This document shows, piece after piece, positions 1-10,010 of a stretch of DNA of 64,000 nt; the first letter of the stretch is position 1; each line of letters opens with the position of its first letter. The position numbers and the translations under genes are program-made. The notes under the pieces are model-generated. The model searched no databases and had not been told where the DNA came from. It saw only the letters and a program-made list of their open reading frames with translations. The DNA is from an uncultured bacterium (GTDB lineage: Bacteria; Planctomycetota; UBA1135; GCA-002686595). The DNA is taken from contig CALSNU010000004.1 in NCBI GenBank assembly GCA_943787795.1, positions 160,001 through 224,000 on the forward strand, in the 5' to 3' direction.

Positions 1-239
1 CGGAGCGGGAAGGCGCGGGCGTCGAGGTGGGTCATGGGTGGAGGTGGGGCCCGACAGAGGGGCGCGCCATGGGGCGGTTGACCGGGAGGGAAACAGCGCC
101 GCAGGCTCGAAGCGCGGTGCTGCACCCCTATCGTATGCAAAGGCCAGGACATACAAGCGCGGGCGGGCGGCTGGGGCGTAAGTTCGCCGTTCGGTCCCCC
201 CCGGCCCTGAGCCCCGTGACTGCCGACCGTCCCCCACCC

Positions 240-1595
240 ATGTCCATCCAGCACCTCCTCCGCGGCCTCGTCCTCGTGGCTCTGGCCGTCTGCGCCGCAG
301 CGACCCCGGTGGGCGAAGCGGGCCGACTGGACCCCAAGGACGGCCCGGACGTGGACCTGCGCATCGCGGTCGAAGACGACGAGGTGCGCTTCCAGATCAT
401 CACCAACCTCGCGTTCCTCGACACCACCACGGAGGCGTACCGGGAGGACGAGTCCACCCTTGACCCGTCCGAAGCTCCGGCCGCCATGGACGCGCTGGTG
501 GAGCTGTTCAGGCGCGACATCGAGGTCAAGATCGACGGCGCCACGGTCGCACCCGTGGCACCCGACCCTGACCGCGACTTCGAGTACGACCAGGGCGACC
601 CCAGCCTCATCCCGCACTTCGTGAACTTCGGTGCCCGCGCGGTCGCGCGCACGCGGCTGACCCTGCGGTACCCGTGCAAGTCTCCGCCCGATCGGGTCTC
701 CATCATCTGGAGCACGTACCCGGACAACGTGACCCTCGCAGACGAGGAGGGCGTCGCACCGCCCATCGAGATCCTCTGCCGGCTGGCGGCGGGCGGCGTG
801 GACCGGATCGTTCGATTCCAGAAGGAGGAGCCGCAGTTCATCTGGCACCGCGCGGCAGAAGCCGATGGCGCACGGATGGCGCCTGTCCCCCCCATCCGCG
901 AGCAGCAGGCCCCCCCGCTACCGGTCGCCGGGCTCGCCATGTTCGGCGCCGCCTTTGCCGCCTTCGTCTTCGGCCCGGCGCGGCTGCGCCGCTCCGCGAC
1001 GGGGCCGCTGTTGGTCCTCAGCATCGCCTTCCTCGGTGTGCAGATCGCGAGACGCGGCGTGGACCTACCGAGCGTGGACGAAGCCACCGCGGTGTTCGAG
1101 CCGCTGCATGAGAACATCTACCGCGCCTTCGACTACACCGACGAGAGCGACGTGTACGACGCGCTCGCCGAGAGCGTGGACGGGCCGCTGCTCGAGCAGC
1201 TCTATGACGAGGTCTACCGCAGCCTCGTCCTCCAGGAGGCTGGCGGCGCCGTCAGCCGCGTCTCCGCGGTCCGCCACCTCGACCTTGACGTGGAGGAGAT
1301 CGGCGTGGTGGGTGAGCGCGCGCTCCCCGGATTCGTGGTGGACGCGACCTGGCAGGTGGACGGCGCCGTCTATCACTGGGGGCACGCCCACACCCGGACC
1401 AACGAGTATCGGGCTCGCTACACCGTGCACGCGGCAGAGCAGGGCTGGCGGATCGCCGCAAGCGAGGTCCTGGATCAACGGAGGGTGGACGCTGCGCCGA
1501 TCCTTGACGTGGACATGGCCGGCGCCGGGCGCTTCGGCGACCGCGCGACCTCACCCCTCGAGACCCAGCAGGAGGAGCTCCCCGATGAGTTCTGA
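240..1595 (+). CDS. Uncharacterised exported/membrane-anchored protein with C-terminal His motif (HWGHAHTRTNEY)
   Basis: ORF 27..1595. ATG at 240 begins a signal-peptide-like segment (MSIQHLLRGLVLVALAVCAAA). Two internal hydrophobic helices. Its stop overlaps the start of the next gene. Confidence 0.75.
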   Translation: MSIQHLLRGLVLVALAVCAAATPVGEAGRLDPKDGPDVDLRIAVEDDEVRFQIITNLAFLDTTTEAYREDESTLDPSEAPAAMDALVELFRRDIEVKIDGATVAPVAPDPDRDFEYDQGDPSLIPHFVNFGARAVARTRLTLRYPCKSPPDRVSIIWSTYPDNVTLADEEGVAPPIEILCRLAAGGVDRIVRFQKEEPQFIWHRAAEADGARMAPVPPIREQQAPPLPVAGLAMFGAAFAAFVFGPARLRRSATGPLLVLSIAFLGVQIARRGVDLPSVDEATAVFEPLHENIYRAFDYTDESDVYDALAESVDGPLLEQLYDEVYRSLVLQEAGGAVSRVSAVRHLDLDVEEIGVVGERALPGFVVDATWQVDGAVYHWGHAHTRTNEYRARYTVHAAEQGWRIAASEVLDQRRVDAAPILDVDMAGAGRFGDRATSPLETQQEELPDEF

Positions 1596-2316
1596 CGCAG
1601 CCCCCCTGCCCCAGACCGGCGCTGCGCTCCGCGGGGTCTCCTTCGAATATGCACGGGCGGCCGGAACCCGGCCCTTCCGCCTCGAGGTCGAGGAGCTCTC
1701 CCTGACTCCCGGCGAAGCGGCCGCGGTCATTGGCCCCAGCGGCTCGGGGAAGACCACGCTGGTCCACCTCTGCGCCGGCATCCTTGTCCCTGAGGCCGGA
1801 GAGGTCTCGGTGGGCGGCGTGCGGCTGGACCGCCTGAGCGACGGCGAGCGGCGGCGGGAGCGGGCCCGGCAAGTCGGCCTCGTCTTCCAGGAGTTCGAGC
1901 TCCTCGACTACCTCAACGCCCTCGAGAACATCCTCGTCCCGCTCCGGATCCGGGGAGCGGACCGCGGCGAGCTCCGCTCGGGCAGAGCGCGGGCCACCGA
2001 GCTCGCTGACGCCGTCGGGATCACGGATCTGCTCGGTCGGCTCCCGGCGCAGCTGAGCCAGGGGGAGCGGCAGCGCGTGGCCATCGCACGAGCCCTGGTC
2101 ACCGACCCCGCGCTCGTGCTGTGCGACGAACCCACCGGCAACCTCGACCCCGAGGCGGCCTCCCATGCGGTCGATCTCCTCCTCGAGCAGGCCCGGGCGC
2201 GCGGCGCCGCCCTCCTGATGGTGACCCACGACCACGGACTCCTGGACCGCTTCGATCGCGTGATCGACGTGACGACCCTGGCAGCGGCCGCCGGGTCGGG
2301 AGGGCCGAACTCGTGA
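1585..2316 (+). CDS. ABC transporter ATP-binding protein, LolD/MacB-type
   Basis: Walker A GPSGSGKT, signature LSQGERQRVAIARAL, Walker B/D-loop LCDEPTGNLD, H-loop VTHD. ATG at 1585 within ORF 865..2316. Confidence 0.92.
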   Translation: MSSDAAPLPQTGAALRGVSFEYARAAGTRPFRLEVEELSLTPGEAAAVIGPSGSGKTTLVHLCAGILVPEAGEVSVGGVRLDRLSDGERRRERARQVGLVFQEFELLDYLNALENILVPLRIRGADRGELRSGRARATELADAVGITDLLGRLPAQLSQGERQRVAIARALVTDPALVLCDEPTGNLDPEAASHAVDLLLEQARARGAALLMVTHDHGLLDRFDRVIDVTTLAAAAGSGGPNS

Positions 2317-3479
2317 GCGGCATCCTGTTCCTCGCTTGGCGCCACGCCGCCGCCCACCGAGCCCGCACCTCACTCCTGATCGCGTGCGTGGCGCTCGCCC
2401 TCTGGGTGCCCTGGACCGCAGGCGCCCTCGCCGGCCAGTACGACCAGGCGTTGCGGTCCCGCGCCGCGGAGACGCCGCTGATCATCGGCGCCCCGGGGAA
2501 CCGCTACGACCTGACCCTCGCCGCCCTCTACTTCCGGCCGAGCCAGCTCGAGACCGTCCCCTACCAGGAGCTGGAGCGGCTCCAGGAGGGAGGTCGAGCG
2601 ACGTTCGTCCCCCTTCATATGCGCTTCACAGCTCGCGGCTATCCCATCGTCGCCACGAGCGTGGAGTATGTGGAGTTCAGGGGCCTCAAGCCGGCGGCGG
2701 GCCGACACGCGCTGCGGCTCGGCGAGGTCGCCCTCGGCGCCGACGTCGCTGCCGCGCTCGAGCTCCAGACGGGAGACGCCTTGCTCTCTGACCCGACCGA
2801 GCTCTACGACATCAGTCGACCCCCGGCCCTCAAGATGCGAGTCGCCGGGGTCTATCCCCCGACCGGGACCCCCGACGACGGCGCGGTGTTCTGCGACGTG
2901 CGCACGGCATGGGTGCTCGAGGGCATCGCCCACGGGCACACGCCCGCGGAGAAGATCGACGAGTCCTTGGTCCTCAGCCGAGCGGACGAGTCCGTATCGG
3001 TGAGCGGCGCGCTGATGGAGTACGCCGAGGTCACCGAGGAGAACGAGGACTCGTTCCATTACCACGGCGACACGGCGCTCCTCCCCCTCAGCGCAGTGCT
3101 CGCGATCCCTGTGAGCCGCAAGGACGGCACGCTGCTCAAGAGCGCGGTCAACGCCGAGGGAAGGTTCCAGGCGGTCACCCCCACCGCAGTGATCGGCGAC
3201 CTCCTCGGGGTGGTCTTCAGGATCAAGGCCTTCTTCGACCTGGTCGGCGTCTTCCTGCTCGGGACCACGGCGCTGCTGGTCTCCCTCGTCTTCCTGCTGT
3301 CGTCCCGCCTGCGTGGGGCGGAGATGCGCACCCTCGACCGGATCGGCGCGCCGCGTCGGGTCGGCGCCAGCTTGATCGGGATCGAGGCGGCTCTCGTGCT
3401 GATGATCGCTGGCGCGCTCGCCGGGGGCGCCACCGCGGCCACGCTCCGCTGGCTTCCAGACCTGGTGTCGACCTTCTGA
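2313..3479 (+). CDS. ABC transporter permease, MacB/FtsX (type VII) family
   Basis: GTG overlaps the ATPase stop (GTGA). One N-terminal TM helix, a large periplasmic domain, then C-terminal TMs around EMRTLDRIGA (FtsX-like). Confidence 0.8.
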   Translation: MSGILFLAWRHAAAHRARTSLLIACVALALWVPWTAGALAGQYDQALRSRAAETPLIIGAPGNRYDLTLAALYFRPSQLETVPYQELERLQEGGRATFVPLHMRFTARGYPIVATSVEYVEFRGLKPAAGRHALRLGEVALGADVAAALELQTGDALLSDPTELYDISRPPALKMRVAGVYPPTGTPDDGAVFCDVRTAWVLEGIAHGHTPAEKIDESLVLSRADESVSVSGALMEYAEVTEENEDSFHYHGDTALLPLSAVLAIPVSRKDGTLLKSAVNAEGRFQAVTPTAVIGDLLGVVFRIKAFFDLVGVFLLGTTALLVSLVFLLSSRLRGAEMRTLDRIGAPRRVGASLIGIEAALVLMIAGALAGGATAATLRWLPDLVSTF

Positions 3480-3504
3480 ACGATCCGGCCCGCAGCCGGC
3501 GTTC

Positions 3505-3564
3505 CCCTCGCCGAGCCCGCCCTCGCTGAGCCCACCCTCGCCGAGCCCAACCTCGCCGGGTCCC
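3505..3564. repeat. 15-bp tandem repeat, about 4 copies (CCCTCGCYGAGCCCR)
   Basis: Directly visible in the intergenic sequence. Confidence 0.85.
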
Positions 3565-3638
3565 TCGACCGGATCCGGCTCCCCTCGCCCCGCGTTCCCG
3601 TCCGGGCCTCCCCTCCCCTGGATCACCTGCAGCACCTC

Positions 3639-4673
3639 ATGGGCACCGCACGATTCGTCCCTTTCTCCGCGCACCTGTCTTCCGCGCCCCTGTCTTCCGC
3701 GCCCCTGTCTTCCGCGCCCCTGGCGGCTGGCCTCCTCGCTGGCCTTCTTGCCGGCCTCCTCGCTGGCTGCTCCGATGGAGGCACGGCCTCTTCTTCGGCG
3801 TCGGGGGACGGCGGGATGCGACCCGTGGTCGCGGTAACTTCGGGCCCCGCCGAGCTGCTGGCAGCGGCTGTCCTGGGGTCGACGCGGGTGGAACGCATCG
3901 CCCCTGAGGGGGCCTCGCTGCTCACATGGCGCCCCGGCGACGCCTCCCTGGACGCCATGGTCTCTGCCCGGCGCGTGCTCGTCCTCGGCGACGAGGCGGA
4001 GCCCTGGCTCCAGCGAGCCGGGCTCCCACCCAGCCGGACCCTCCGGCTCGACGCGGCGGTCCCCGAGTCCCGCTGGATCGAGGTCGGCAGCGTCACCCAC
4101 ACCCACGGCGGAGGGGAGTCCCACACCCACGGTGGTGTCGTGGCCGAGGCCTGGACGGACCCCGAACTGCTGCGGAGCATGGCCGCACGGACACGGAGGC
4201 AGCTCGCAGGCGCCATGGTTGAGAGCGGGCCGGTGGCCCCCGCGGAGGCCCCCGCCGAGGCCCCCGGCGAGGCCCTCGGCGCCCGGATCGACGCCTACGC
4301 CGCCGAGCTCGGGGCGCTGGCCGAAGCCCTGGACGGGCGCGCGCTGATCGCCACGCACCACGGCATGGAGTACCTGTGTCGGGCGGCGGGGATCCGCCTC
4401 GAGGTCACCGAGCTGGAGCTCGACGGGGACGCTGGGCCCCCCAATGACGACGCCGTACGCCGGCTCGCCGAGCTCGCAGCCCAGGAGGGCGCCCACGCAG
4501 GCATCCTGGTGTGGCCTGGCCCCCTCGACGTCGCGTTCGCGGAGAAGGCCCAGCAGGAGCTGGGCCTCAGGTCCTTAGACTTCGACCTCGGCGCGCCCCT
4601 CGCCGAGCGCGACACCCTCACGCGCCTGACCCAGAGCGCCGCGCGCCTCCGCGCAGCCATCGCCCCCGAATGA
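3639..4673 (+). CDS. Metal ABC substrate-binding lipoprotein, ZnuA/TroA-like
   Basis: Lipobox LAGC. His-rich loop THTHGGGESHTHGG followed by AWTDP. THHGMEYL resembles the ZnuA xHxAFxYF motif. Confidence 0.7.
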   Translation: MGTARFVPFSAHLSSAPLSSAPLSSAPLAAGLLAGLLAGLLAGCSDGGTASSSASGDGGMRPVVAVTSGPAELLAAAVLGSTRVERIAPEGASLLTWRPGDASLDAMVSARRVLVLGDEAEPWLQRAGLPPSRTLRLDAAVPESRWIEVGSVTHTHGGGESHTHGGVVAEAWTDPELLRSMAARTRRQLAGAMVESGPVAPAEAPAEAPGEALGARIDAYAAELGALAEALDGRALIATHHGMEYLCRAAGIRLEVTELELDGDAGPPNDDAVRRLAELAAQEGAHAGILVWPGPLDVAFAEKAQQELGLRSLDFDLGAPLAERDTLTRLTQSAARLRAAIAPE

Positions 4674-4677
4674 ACCG

Positions 4678-5103
4678 ATGAGCACGATCTTCGATGCGAT
4701 CCTCGATGGGGAGCTCCCCTGCCACCGCGTGTTCGAGAACAAGCACGTCCTCGCCTTCCTGGACATCGGCCCGCTCTCGCGCGGGCACACCCTCGTCATC
4801 CCCAAGGAGCGTCGCGCTCACCTCCACGAGCTGAGCGATGACGCCTCGGCGGAGCTCGGCCGCAGCTTGCCCCGGATCGCCCGGGCGGTGCTCTCGGCGA
4901 CCGGAGCGACCGCCTATAACGTCCTCCAGAACAACGGCTCCGAGGCTCACCAGGCGGTCTTCCACGTGCACTTCCACATCATCCCGCGCTTCCCCGACGG
5001 CTCAGGGCTCGGCCTCGGCTGGACCCCCGGAGAGCTCTCCGAAGGCGAGAGCCTCGCCGCAGCCGTGGCGGGCGCCATCCAGAGCGAGGAGGGGTCACGA
5101 TGA
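4678..5103 (+). CDS. HIT family hydrolase
   Basis: AFLDIGPLSRGHTLVIPK and histidine triad HVHFHII. Confidence 0.92.
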   Translation: MSTIFDAILDGELPCHRVFENKHVLAFLDIGPLSRGHTLVIPKERRAHLHELSDDASAELGRSLPRIARAVLSATGATAYNVLQNNGSEAHQAVFHVHFHIIPRFPDGSGLGLGWTPGELSEGESLAAAVAGAIQSEEGSR

Positions 5104-6437
5104 GCGGCTCGATCCTTATCCACGGGGGCACCGTGGTCGGCCGTGACGGCTCCGCTCCCGCGGACGTTCTTATTTTGGACGGCGTGGTATCCGCGGTCGG
5201 GACGGGCCTCGCAGCCGAGGCTCCCGCGCCCGGCGTGGAGCGCCTCGACGCCACGGGACACCTGGTCTTCCCGGGCCTCACGGACCCACAGGTCCACTTC
5301 AGGGAGCCCGGGATGCCCCTCAAGGAGGACCTCAGCTCGGGCTCGCTGGCCGCCATCGCGGGGGGCGTCACGGCGTTCTACGAGATGCCGAACACCAAGC
5401 CGAACACCGACTCGCCGGAGCGCCTCGAGGACAAGCTCTCGCGCGCGTCGGGGCGCTGCCACGCGGACTATGGCTTCTTCATCGGGGGCACGCGCGAGAA
5501 CGCTGACCGCCTCGGCGAGTGGGAGACGCTCCCCGGCTGCGCCGGTATCAAGGTGTTCATGGGCTCCTCGACGGGCTCGCTCCTCGTGGCGGACGACCCG
5601 ACCCTGGAGCGCATCCTGCGGTCCGGCGAGCGGCGGGTGACGTTCCACAGCGAGGATGACTATCGGCTGAAGGACCGCTACGCCGAGGTCCAGCCAGGCA
5701 CCAACGTCCGAGAGCACCCCCACATCCGCGACGTGGAGTGCGCGGTGCGCTCCACCCGCAGGCTCCTCGACCTCGCGGAGAAGACGGGGCGCAAGATCCA
5801 CATCCTCCACGTGTCCAGCGCGGATGAGATCCACATGGTCCGCGAAAGGGACCTGGGAGACCTCGTCACCGTGGAGCTGACCCCCAACCACCTCTTCCTC
5901 TCGGCGCCCGACTGCTACGAGAACCACGGCACCTGGGCGCAGATGAACCCTCCCGTCCGGGACCGCGCCCACCAGGAGGTCCTGCGGGAGGCCGCCGCGG
6001 ACGGCACGGCGGCTTGCATTGGGTCGGATCACGCCCCGCACACCGCCGAGGAAAAGGCCCAGCCCTTCCCGGTCTCACCCTCGGGCATCGCCGGGGTCCA
6101 GACCACCCTCCCGCTCCTGATGACCGCGGTGCAGGATGGCTGGCTTCGCCTCGAGGACATTGTTCGCCTCTGCGTGGACGGCCCGGCGAGGGTCTACGGA
6201 GACACCGGGCGCGGCCCATTGTCGCCTGGCGCCCTCGGGAACGCGGTCCTGGTGGACCCCAACGCGGGCGGGCGGGTCGACCAGCGCCCCTTCCACAGCC
6301 GCGCTGGGCGGACCCCCTTCGCGGACGTGGAGCTCGCCGGCTGGCCCGTTGCGACGGTCTTGCGTGGCAACGTGGCCTACCTCGGGGGCAGCGCTCGAGG
6401 TCCCTCGGCGGGCCGAATGGTCGCGTTTCCGGGCTAG
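5100..6437 (+). CDS. pyrC: Dihydroorotase
   Basis: PGLTDPQVHFREPG, EMPNTKP, MNPPVR, IGSDHAPH amidohydrolase motifs. Confidence 0.85.
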   Translation: MSGSILIHGGTVVGRDGSAPADVLILDGVVSAVGTGLAAEAPAPGVERLDATGHLVFPGLTDPQVHFREPGMPLKEDLSSGSLAAIAGGVTAFYEMPNTKPNTDSPERLEDKLSRASGRCHADYGFFIGGTRENADRLGEWETLPGCAGIKVFMGSSTGSLLVADDPTLERILRSGERRVTFHSEDDYRLKDRYAEVQPGTNVREHPHIRDVECAVRSTRRLLDLAEKTGRKIHILHVSSADEIHMVRERDLGDLVTVELTPNHLFLSAPDCYENHGTWAQMNPPVRDRAHQEVLREAAADGTAACIGSDHAPHTAEEKAQPFPVSPSGIAGVQTTLPLLMTAVQDGWLRLEDIVRLCVDGPARVYGDTGRGPLSPGALGNAVLVDPNAGGRVDQRPFHSRAGRTPFADVELAGWPVATVLRGNVAYLGGSARGPSAGRMVAFPG

Positions 6438-6672
6438 GGCGGATCCCGGGTCGACCTCCGCTCGAAAGATCGGAAGGGGGACTTCGCCCGCGGACAGGGG
6501 CGCTGGCTAGAATGCGCGCCAAATTTCGTGGTGAGCTCCGCTCGAACGGCCCATGACTAGGCCACGGAGCGCTCCCGGAAGGACCTCCGCTTGCCCACTT
6601 CCCAGCAGTCCTCCCGCCGGCCGCCCTGCCAGTCCCTGGCACGGGTCCACGGTGTGACCTGACCCCCAACTC

Positions 6673-8022
6673 ATGGCAACGATCAAAGCCAAACGAGGCC
6701 TCGATCTACCGATCCACGGCGCGCCCTCGGACGCCTCCGTCGTCGATCGCCTCGACGTCAATCGAGTCGCCCTGCTGCCCCAGGAAGTCCTGGGCGCGAA
6801 GGTTCGTCTGCTCGCCCAGGAGGGCGACTCTGTCCAGGTCGGCTCGCCGCTGATGTGTGACCGCCGCGACGAGGCGGCGCTCTTCACGTCTCCGGCGGCG
6901 GGCAAGATCACGGCCATTCACCGCGGCAAGCGGCGGGCGGTCCTGTCCATCGTGATCGAGGCCTCGGGCTACGACGACGCGGTCCCGTTCCACCCGGTCG
7001 ACGTCGCCGCGGCCACGCGCGACGAGCTCAAAGAGGCGCTGCTGGGCTCAGGCCTGTGGCCGACGATCCGCCGCCGTCCGTTCGACCGCGTCGCGATCTC
7101 GACGGATGAGCCCGCTGCGATCATCGTGCAGGCCTTTGACTCGAGCCCGCTGGCGCCTGACCTCACCGAGGTCGTGGCCGGCCGCGACGCGGATGTCACC
7201 GTCGGCTTGATGGCGCTCAAGAAGCTGACCGATGGTCACGTCCACGTGGCCGTCAAGGACGGCGTGCGCTGGGGCCGATTCCTGCAGGACGGCGTCCAGG
7301 TGCACCAGTTCCGAGGCCCGCACCCCGCCGGAACCGCCGGGTTCTCGATCCACAGCCTCTGCCCCGCGGGCGCGAACCGCACGGTCTGGCACGTGGGGAT
7401 CCAGGACGTCGCGGACATCGGCCGCCTGCTCAGTCAGGGGCAGCGCCCCACCGAGCGCATCGTCAGCCTCGGCGGCCCCGCCGCTCGCGCTCCGAAGATG
7501 GTCCGGACACGCCCCGGTGCCGACCTGGAGCAGCTCTGCCTCGGTGAAGCGGAGGCGACTCAGCCCCGCTTCGTGAATGGCTCCGCCATCTGGGGTCACG
7601 TCGCCAGCGTCGAGGAGCACACGGCCTTCATCGGCCGCTGGAACACCCAGGTGACGCTCCTCGAGGACGGGGTCTCCCGGGACCTGATCGGGTGGGCCCT
7701 CCCCATCAGCGGTCGCTTCACCCAGACCAACACGGTCTGGGACAAGTTCTTCCGCAAGGCCTTCAAGTACGACACGGACACCAACGGCAGCCTGCGCGCC
7801 ATCGTCCCGATCGGCCAGTACGAGTCGGTCATGCCCATGGACGTGCTCGCCACCCAGCTCATCAAGGCCCTCGCGGCCAAGGACCTCGAGTCCGCCGAGA
7901 AGCTCGGCGTCCTCGAGCTTTCAGAAGAAGACCTGGCCCTTTGCCAGGTCGTGGACCCCTCCAAGGTGCCGATCACGGATTGGCTCCGAGACATGCTGAC
8001 CACCATCGAGAAGGAGGGCTGA
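6673..8022 (+). CDS. nqrA: Na+-translocating NADH:quinone reductase subunit A
   Basis: KRGLDLPI N-terminus, GPHPAG, EEDLALC..VDPSK C-terminus. First gene of the operon. Confidence 0.95.
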   Translation: MATIKAKRGLDLPIHGAPSDASVVDRLDVNRVALLPQEVLGAKVRLLAQEGDSVQVGSPLMCDRRDEAALFTSPAAGKITAIHRGKRRAVLSIVIEASGYDDAVPFHPVDVAAATRDELKEALLGSGLWPTIRRRPFDRVAISTDEPAAIIVQAFDSSPLAPDLTEVVAGRDADVTVGLMALKKLTDGHVHVAVKDGVRWGRFLQDGVQVHQFRGPHPAGTAGFSIHSLCPAGANRTVWHVGIQDVADIGRLLSQGQRPTERIVSLGGPAARAPKMVRTRPGADLEQLCLGEAEATQPRFVNGSAIWGHVASVEEHTAFIGRWNTQVTLLEDGVSRDLIGWALPISGRFTQTNTVWDKFFRKAFKYDTDTNGSLRAIVPIGQYESVMPMDVLATQLIKALAAKDLESAEKLGVLELSEEDLALCQVVDPSKVPITDWLRDMLTTIEKEG

Positions 8023-8023
8023 G

Positions 8024-9241
8024 ATGAAGATCCTCAGGGACACCCTCGACAAGTTCGAGCCGCTCTTCACCAAGGGCGGGAAGCTCGAGAAGCTGTACCC
8101 GGTCTACGAGGCCGCGGACACCTTCCTCTACACGCCTGGGCACCGCACCGCCTCCGGGCCGTCCGTGCGAGACGGGATCGACCTGAAGCGACTGATGATC
8201 ATGGTCGTCATCGCGCTGGTCCCCGCCACGCTCTTCGGCATGTGGAACGTCGGCTTCCAGCACCTGCGAGCCACCGAGGACTGGAACCTCGCCCCCGCCG
8301 CGGCGCCCTTCTTCGAGTGCCTGCTCTACGGCGCGATCAAGTTCATCCCGGTCTACGCGGTGACGATCGTGGCGGGAGGAACGGCGGAGGCCATCTTCTC
8401 GATCATCCGCAAGCACGAGATCAACGAGGGCTTCCTCGTCACCTCCCTGCTGTTCCCGCTCACCCTGCCGCCGGACATCCCGCTCTGGCAGGTCGCCATC
8501 GGGATCATCTTCGGCGTCGTGATCGGCAAGGAGATCTTCGGGGGCACGGGGATGAACATCCTCAACCCAGCCCTGACCGCGCGGATCTTCCTCTACTTCG
8601 CCTACCCCGTGGACATCTCCGGTGACCGCGTGTGGGTCTCGGGGAGCAGCTCGGGGCAGTGGATCGACGGGGCCACGGGCGCCACGCCCCTCGCGTTCTT
8701 CTACTCCAACGGCAACGCCCCCGAGGCGATGGCGGCGGCGGACTCCCTGAGCATCGGCTGGTTCGACGCCTTCATGGGCTGGATCCCCGGCTCCATGGGT
8801 GAGACCTCGACGCTGATGTGCCTGCTGGGCGCCGGCATCCTGATCTTCAGCAAGGTCGGCTCCTGGCGGATCATGGCGGGCTGCGGCCTGGGCATGCTCG
8901 CCTTCACGCTGCTGCTGAACTTCGTCGCCTTCGCGGCGGGCCTCGGCGCGGACCACTACACGGCGGTCTCCCCCGCCTGGCACTTCGTCATCGGCAGCTT
9001 CGCCTTCGGCTCGATCTTCATGGCGACCGATCCCGTGTCCGCCGCCCAGACCAACACCGGGCGCTGGATCTACGGCTTCATGATCGGCGCCCTCACCATC
9101 CTCGTCCGCGTGCTGAACCCGGCCTACCCCGCCGGGATCATGCTCGCCATCGTCTTCATGAACGTGTTCGCACCCCTGATTGACCACTACGTCATGAAGG
9201 CGAACATCCGCCGCCGGGAGGTTCGCCTTGGACTTCAGTAA
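8024..9241 (+). CDS. nqrB: Na+-NQR subunit B
   Basis: VRDGIDLKR, KEIFGGTG, FMN attachment motif GATGATPL, MATDPVS. Confidence 0.95.
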   Translation: MKILRDTLDKFEPLFTKGGKLEKLYPVYEAADTFLYTPGHRTASGPSVRDGIDLKRLMIMVVIALVPATLFGMWNVGFQHLRATEDWNLAPAAAPFFECLLYGAIKFIPVYAVTIVAGGTAEAIFSIIRKHEINEGFLVTSLLFPLTLPPDIPLWQVAIGIIFGVVIGKEIFGGTGMNILNPALTARIFLYFAYPVDISGDRVWVSGSSSGQWIDGATGATPLAFFYSNGNAPEAMAAADSLSIGWFDAFMGWIPGSMGETSTLMCLLGAGILIFSKVGSWRIMAGCGLGMLAFTLLLNFVAFAAGLGADHYTAVSPAWHFVIGSFAFGSIFMATDPVSAAQTNTGRWIYGFMIGALTILVRVLNPAYPAGIMLAIVFMNVFAPLIDHYVMKANIRRREVRLGLQ

Positions 9242-9989
9242 CAAGTATGTGCTCGGGTTCGCCCTTCTCCTCTGTGTCGTCTGCTCCGCGCTGGTCTCCT
9301 CCACCGCGGTCGCGCTCAAGGAGCGCCAGGACGCCAACAAGGAGCTCGACCAGCGCCGCCAGGTGATCCGCGTGGCGGGCCTCGCCCAGGCGGGCGACGC
9401 TCTCCCCAAGGAGACCGTCGACACGCTCTTCGAGAGCATCCAGGGGCGGGTGATCGACCGCGAGACGGGCGACTACATCGACGTACCCGTGGCCAGCGTG
9501 GACCCGATCAAGGAGTCGAAGGACGCCGAGATGTCGGCCAAGACGCCCTCGGAGTTCAAGGCCGCCCAGGTCTCGCGCCTCTCGAACCGCCTGCAGGTGT
9601 TCGAGGTCAAGACGCCGGGCAAGGAGTGCCTCGTGCTCCCCATCCACGGCAAGGGCCTGTGGTCCACCATGTACGGCTACCTGGCCGTCAAGAACGACCT
9701 CTCCGAGGTCGTCGGCATCACCTTCTACGCCCACGGGGAGACCCCCGGCCTCGGCGGTGAGATCGACAACCCCTCCTGGAAGGCGCAGTTCCCCGGCAAG
9801 AGCGTCTTCGGCGCCGACGGCGTGGGCCTGGGCGTCGTGAAGGCGAGCGCTCCCCGGGACAAGGACTACGAGGTCGACGGCCTCTCCGGCGCGACGATCA
9901 CCACCAAGGGTGTCGACGCGACCATCAAGCTGTGGCTCGGCCCCGCCGGCTACGGCCCCTACCTCGAGCAGTTCAAGACTCAGGGCTGA
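9228..9989 (+). CDS. nqrC: Na+-NQR subunit C
   Basis: GKGLWSTMYGY, HGETPGLGGEI, FMN site VDGLSGATIT. TTG start. Confidence 0.95.
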   Translation: MDFSNKYVLGFALLLCVVCSALVSSTAVALKERQDANKELDQRRQVIRVAGLAQAGDALPKETVDTLFESIQGRVIDRETGDYIDVPVASVDPIKESKDAEMSAKTPSEFKAAQVSRLSNRLQVFEVKTPGKECLVLPIHGKGLWSTMYGYLAVKNDLSEVVGITFYAHGETPGLGGEIDNPSWKAQFPGKSVFGADGVGLGVVKASAPRDKDYEVDGLSGATITTKGVDATIKLWLGPAGYGPYLEQFKTQG

Positions 9990-10010
9990 GCCCGAGACCC
10001 GACTCTTCCC

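Noticed and set aside
1..35. Start of a minus-strand gene (MTHLDARAFPL...) running off the window edge
   Set aside because: Only 11 codons are visible, so it cannot be supported.
5270..5310. DPQVH instead of DxHxH in pyrC as a sign of inactivity
   Set aside because: DPQVHFREPG is a variant I recognise in other dihydroorotases, and the remaining catalytic motifs are intact.
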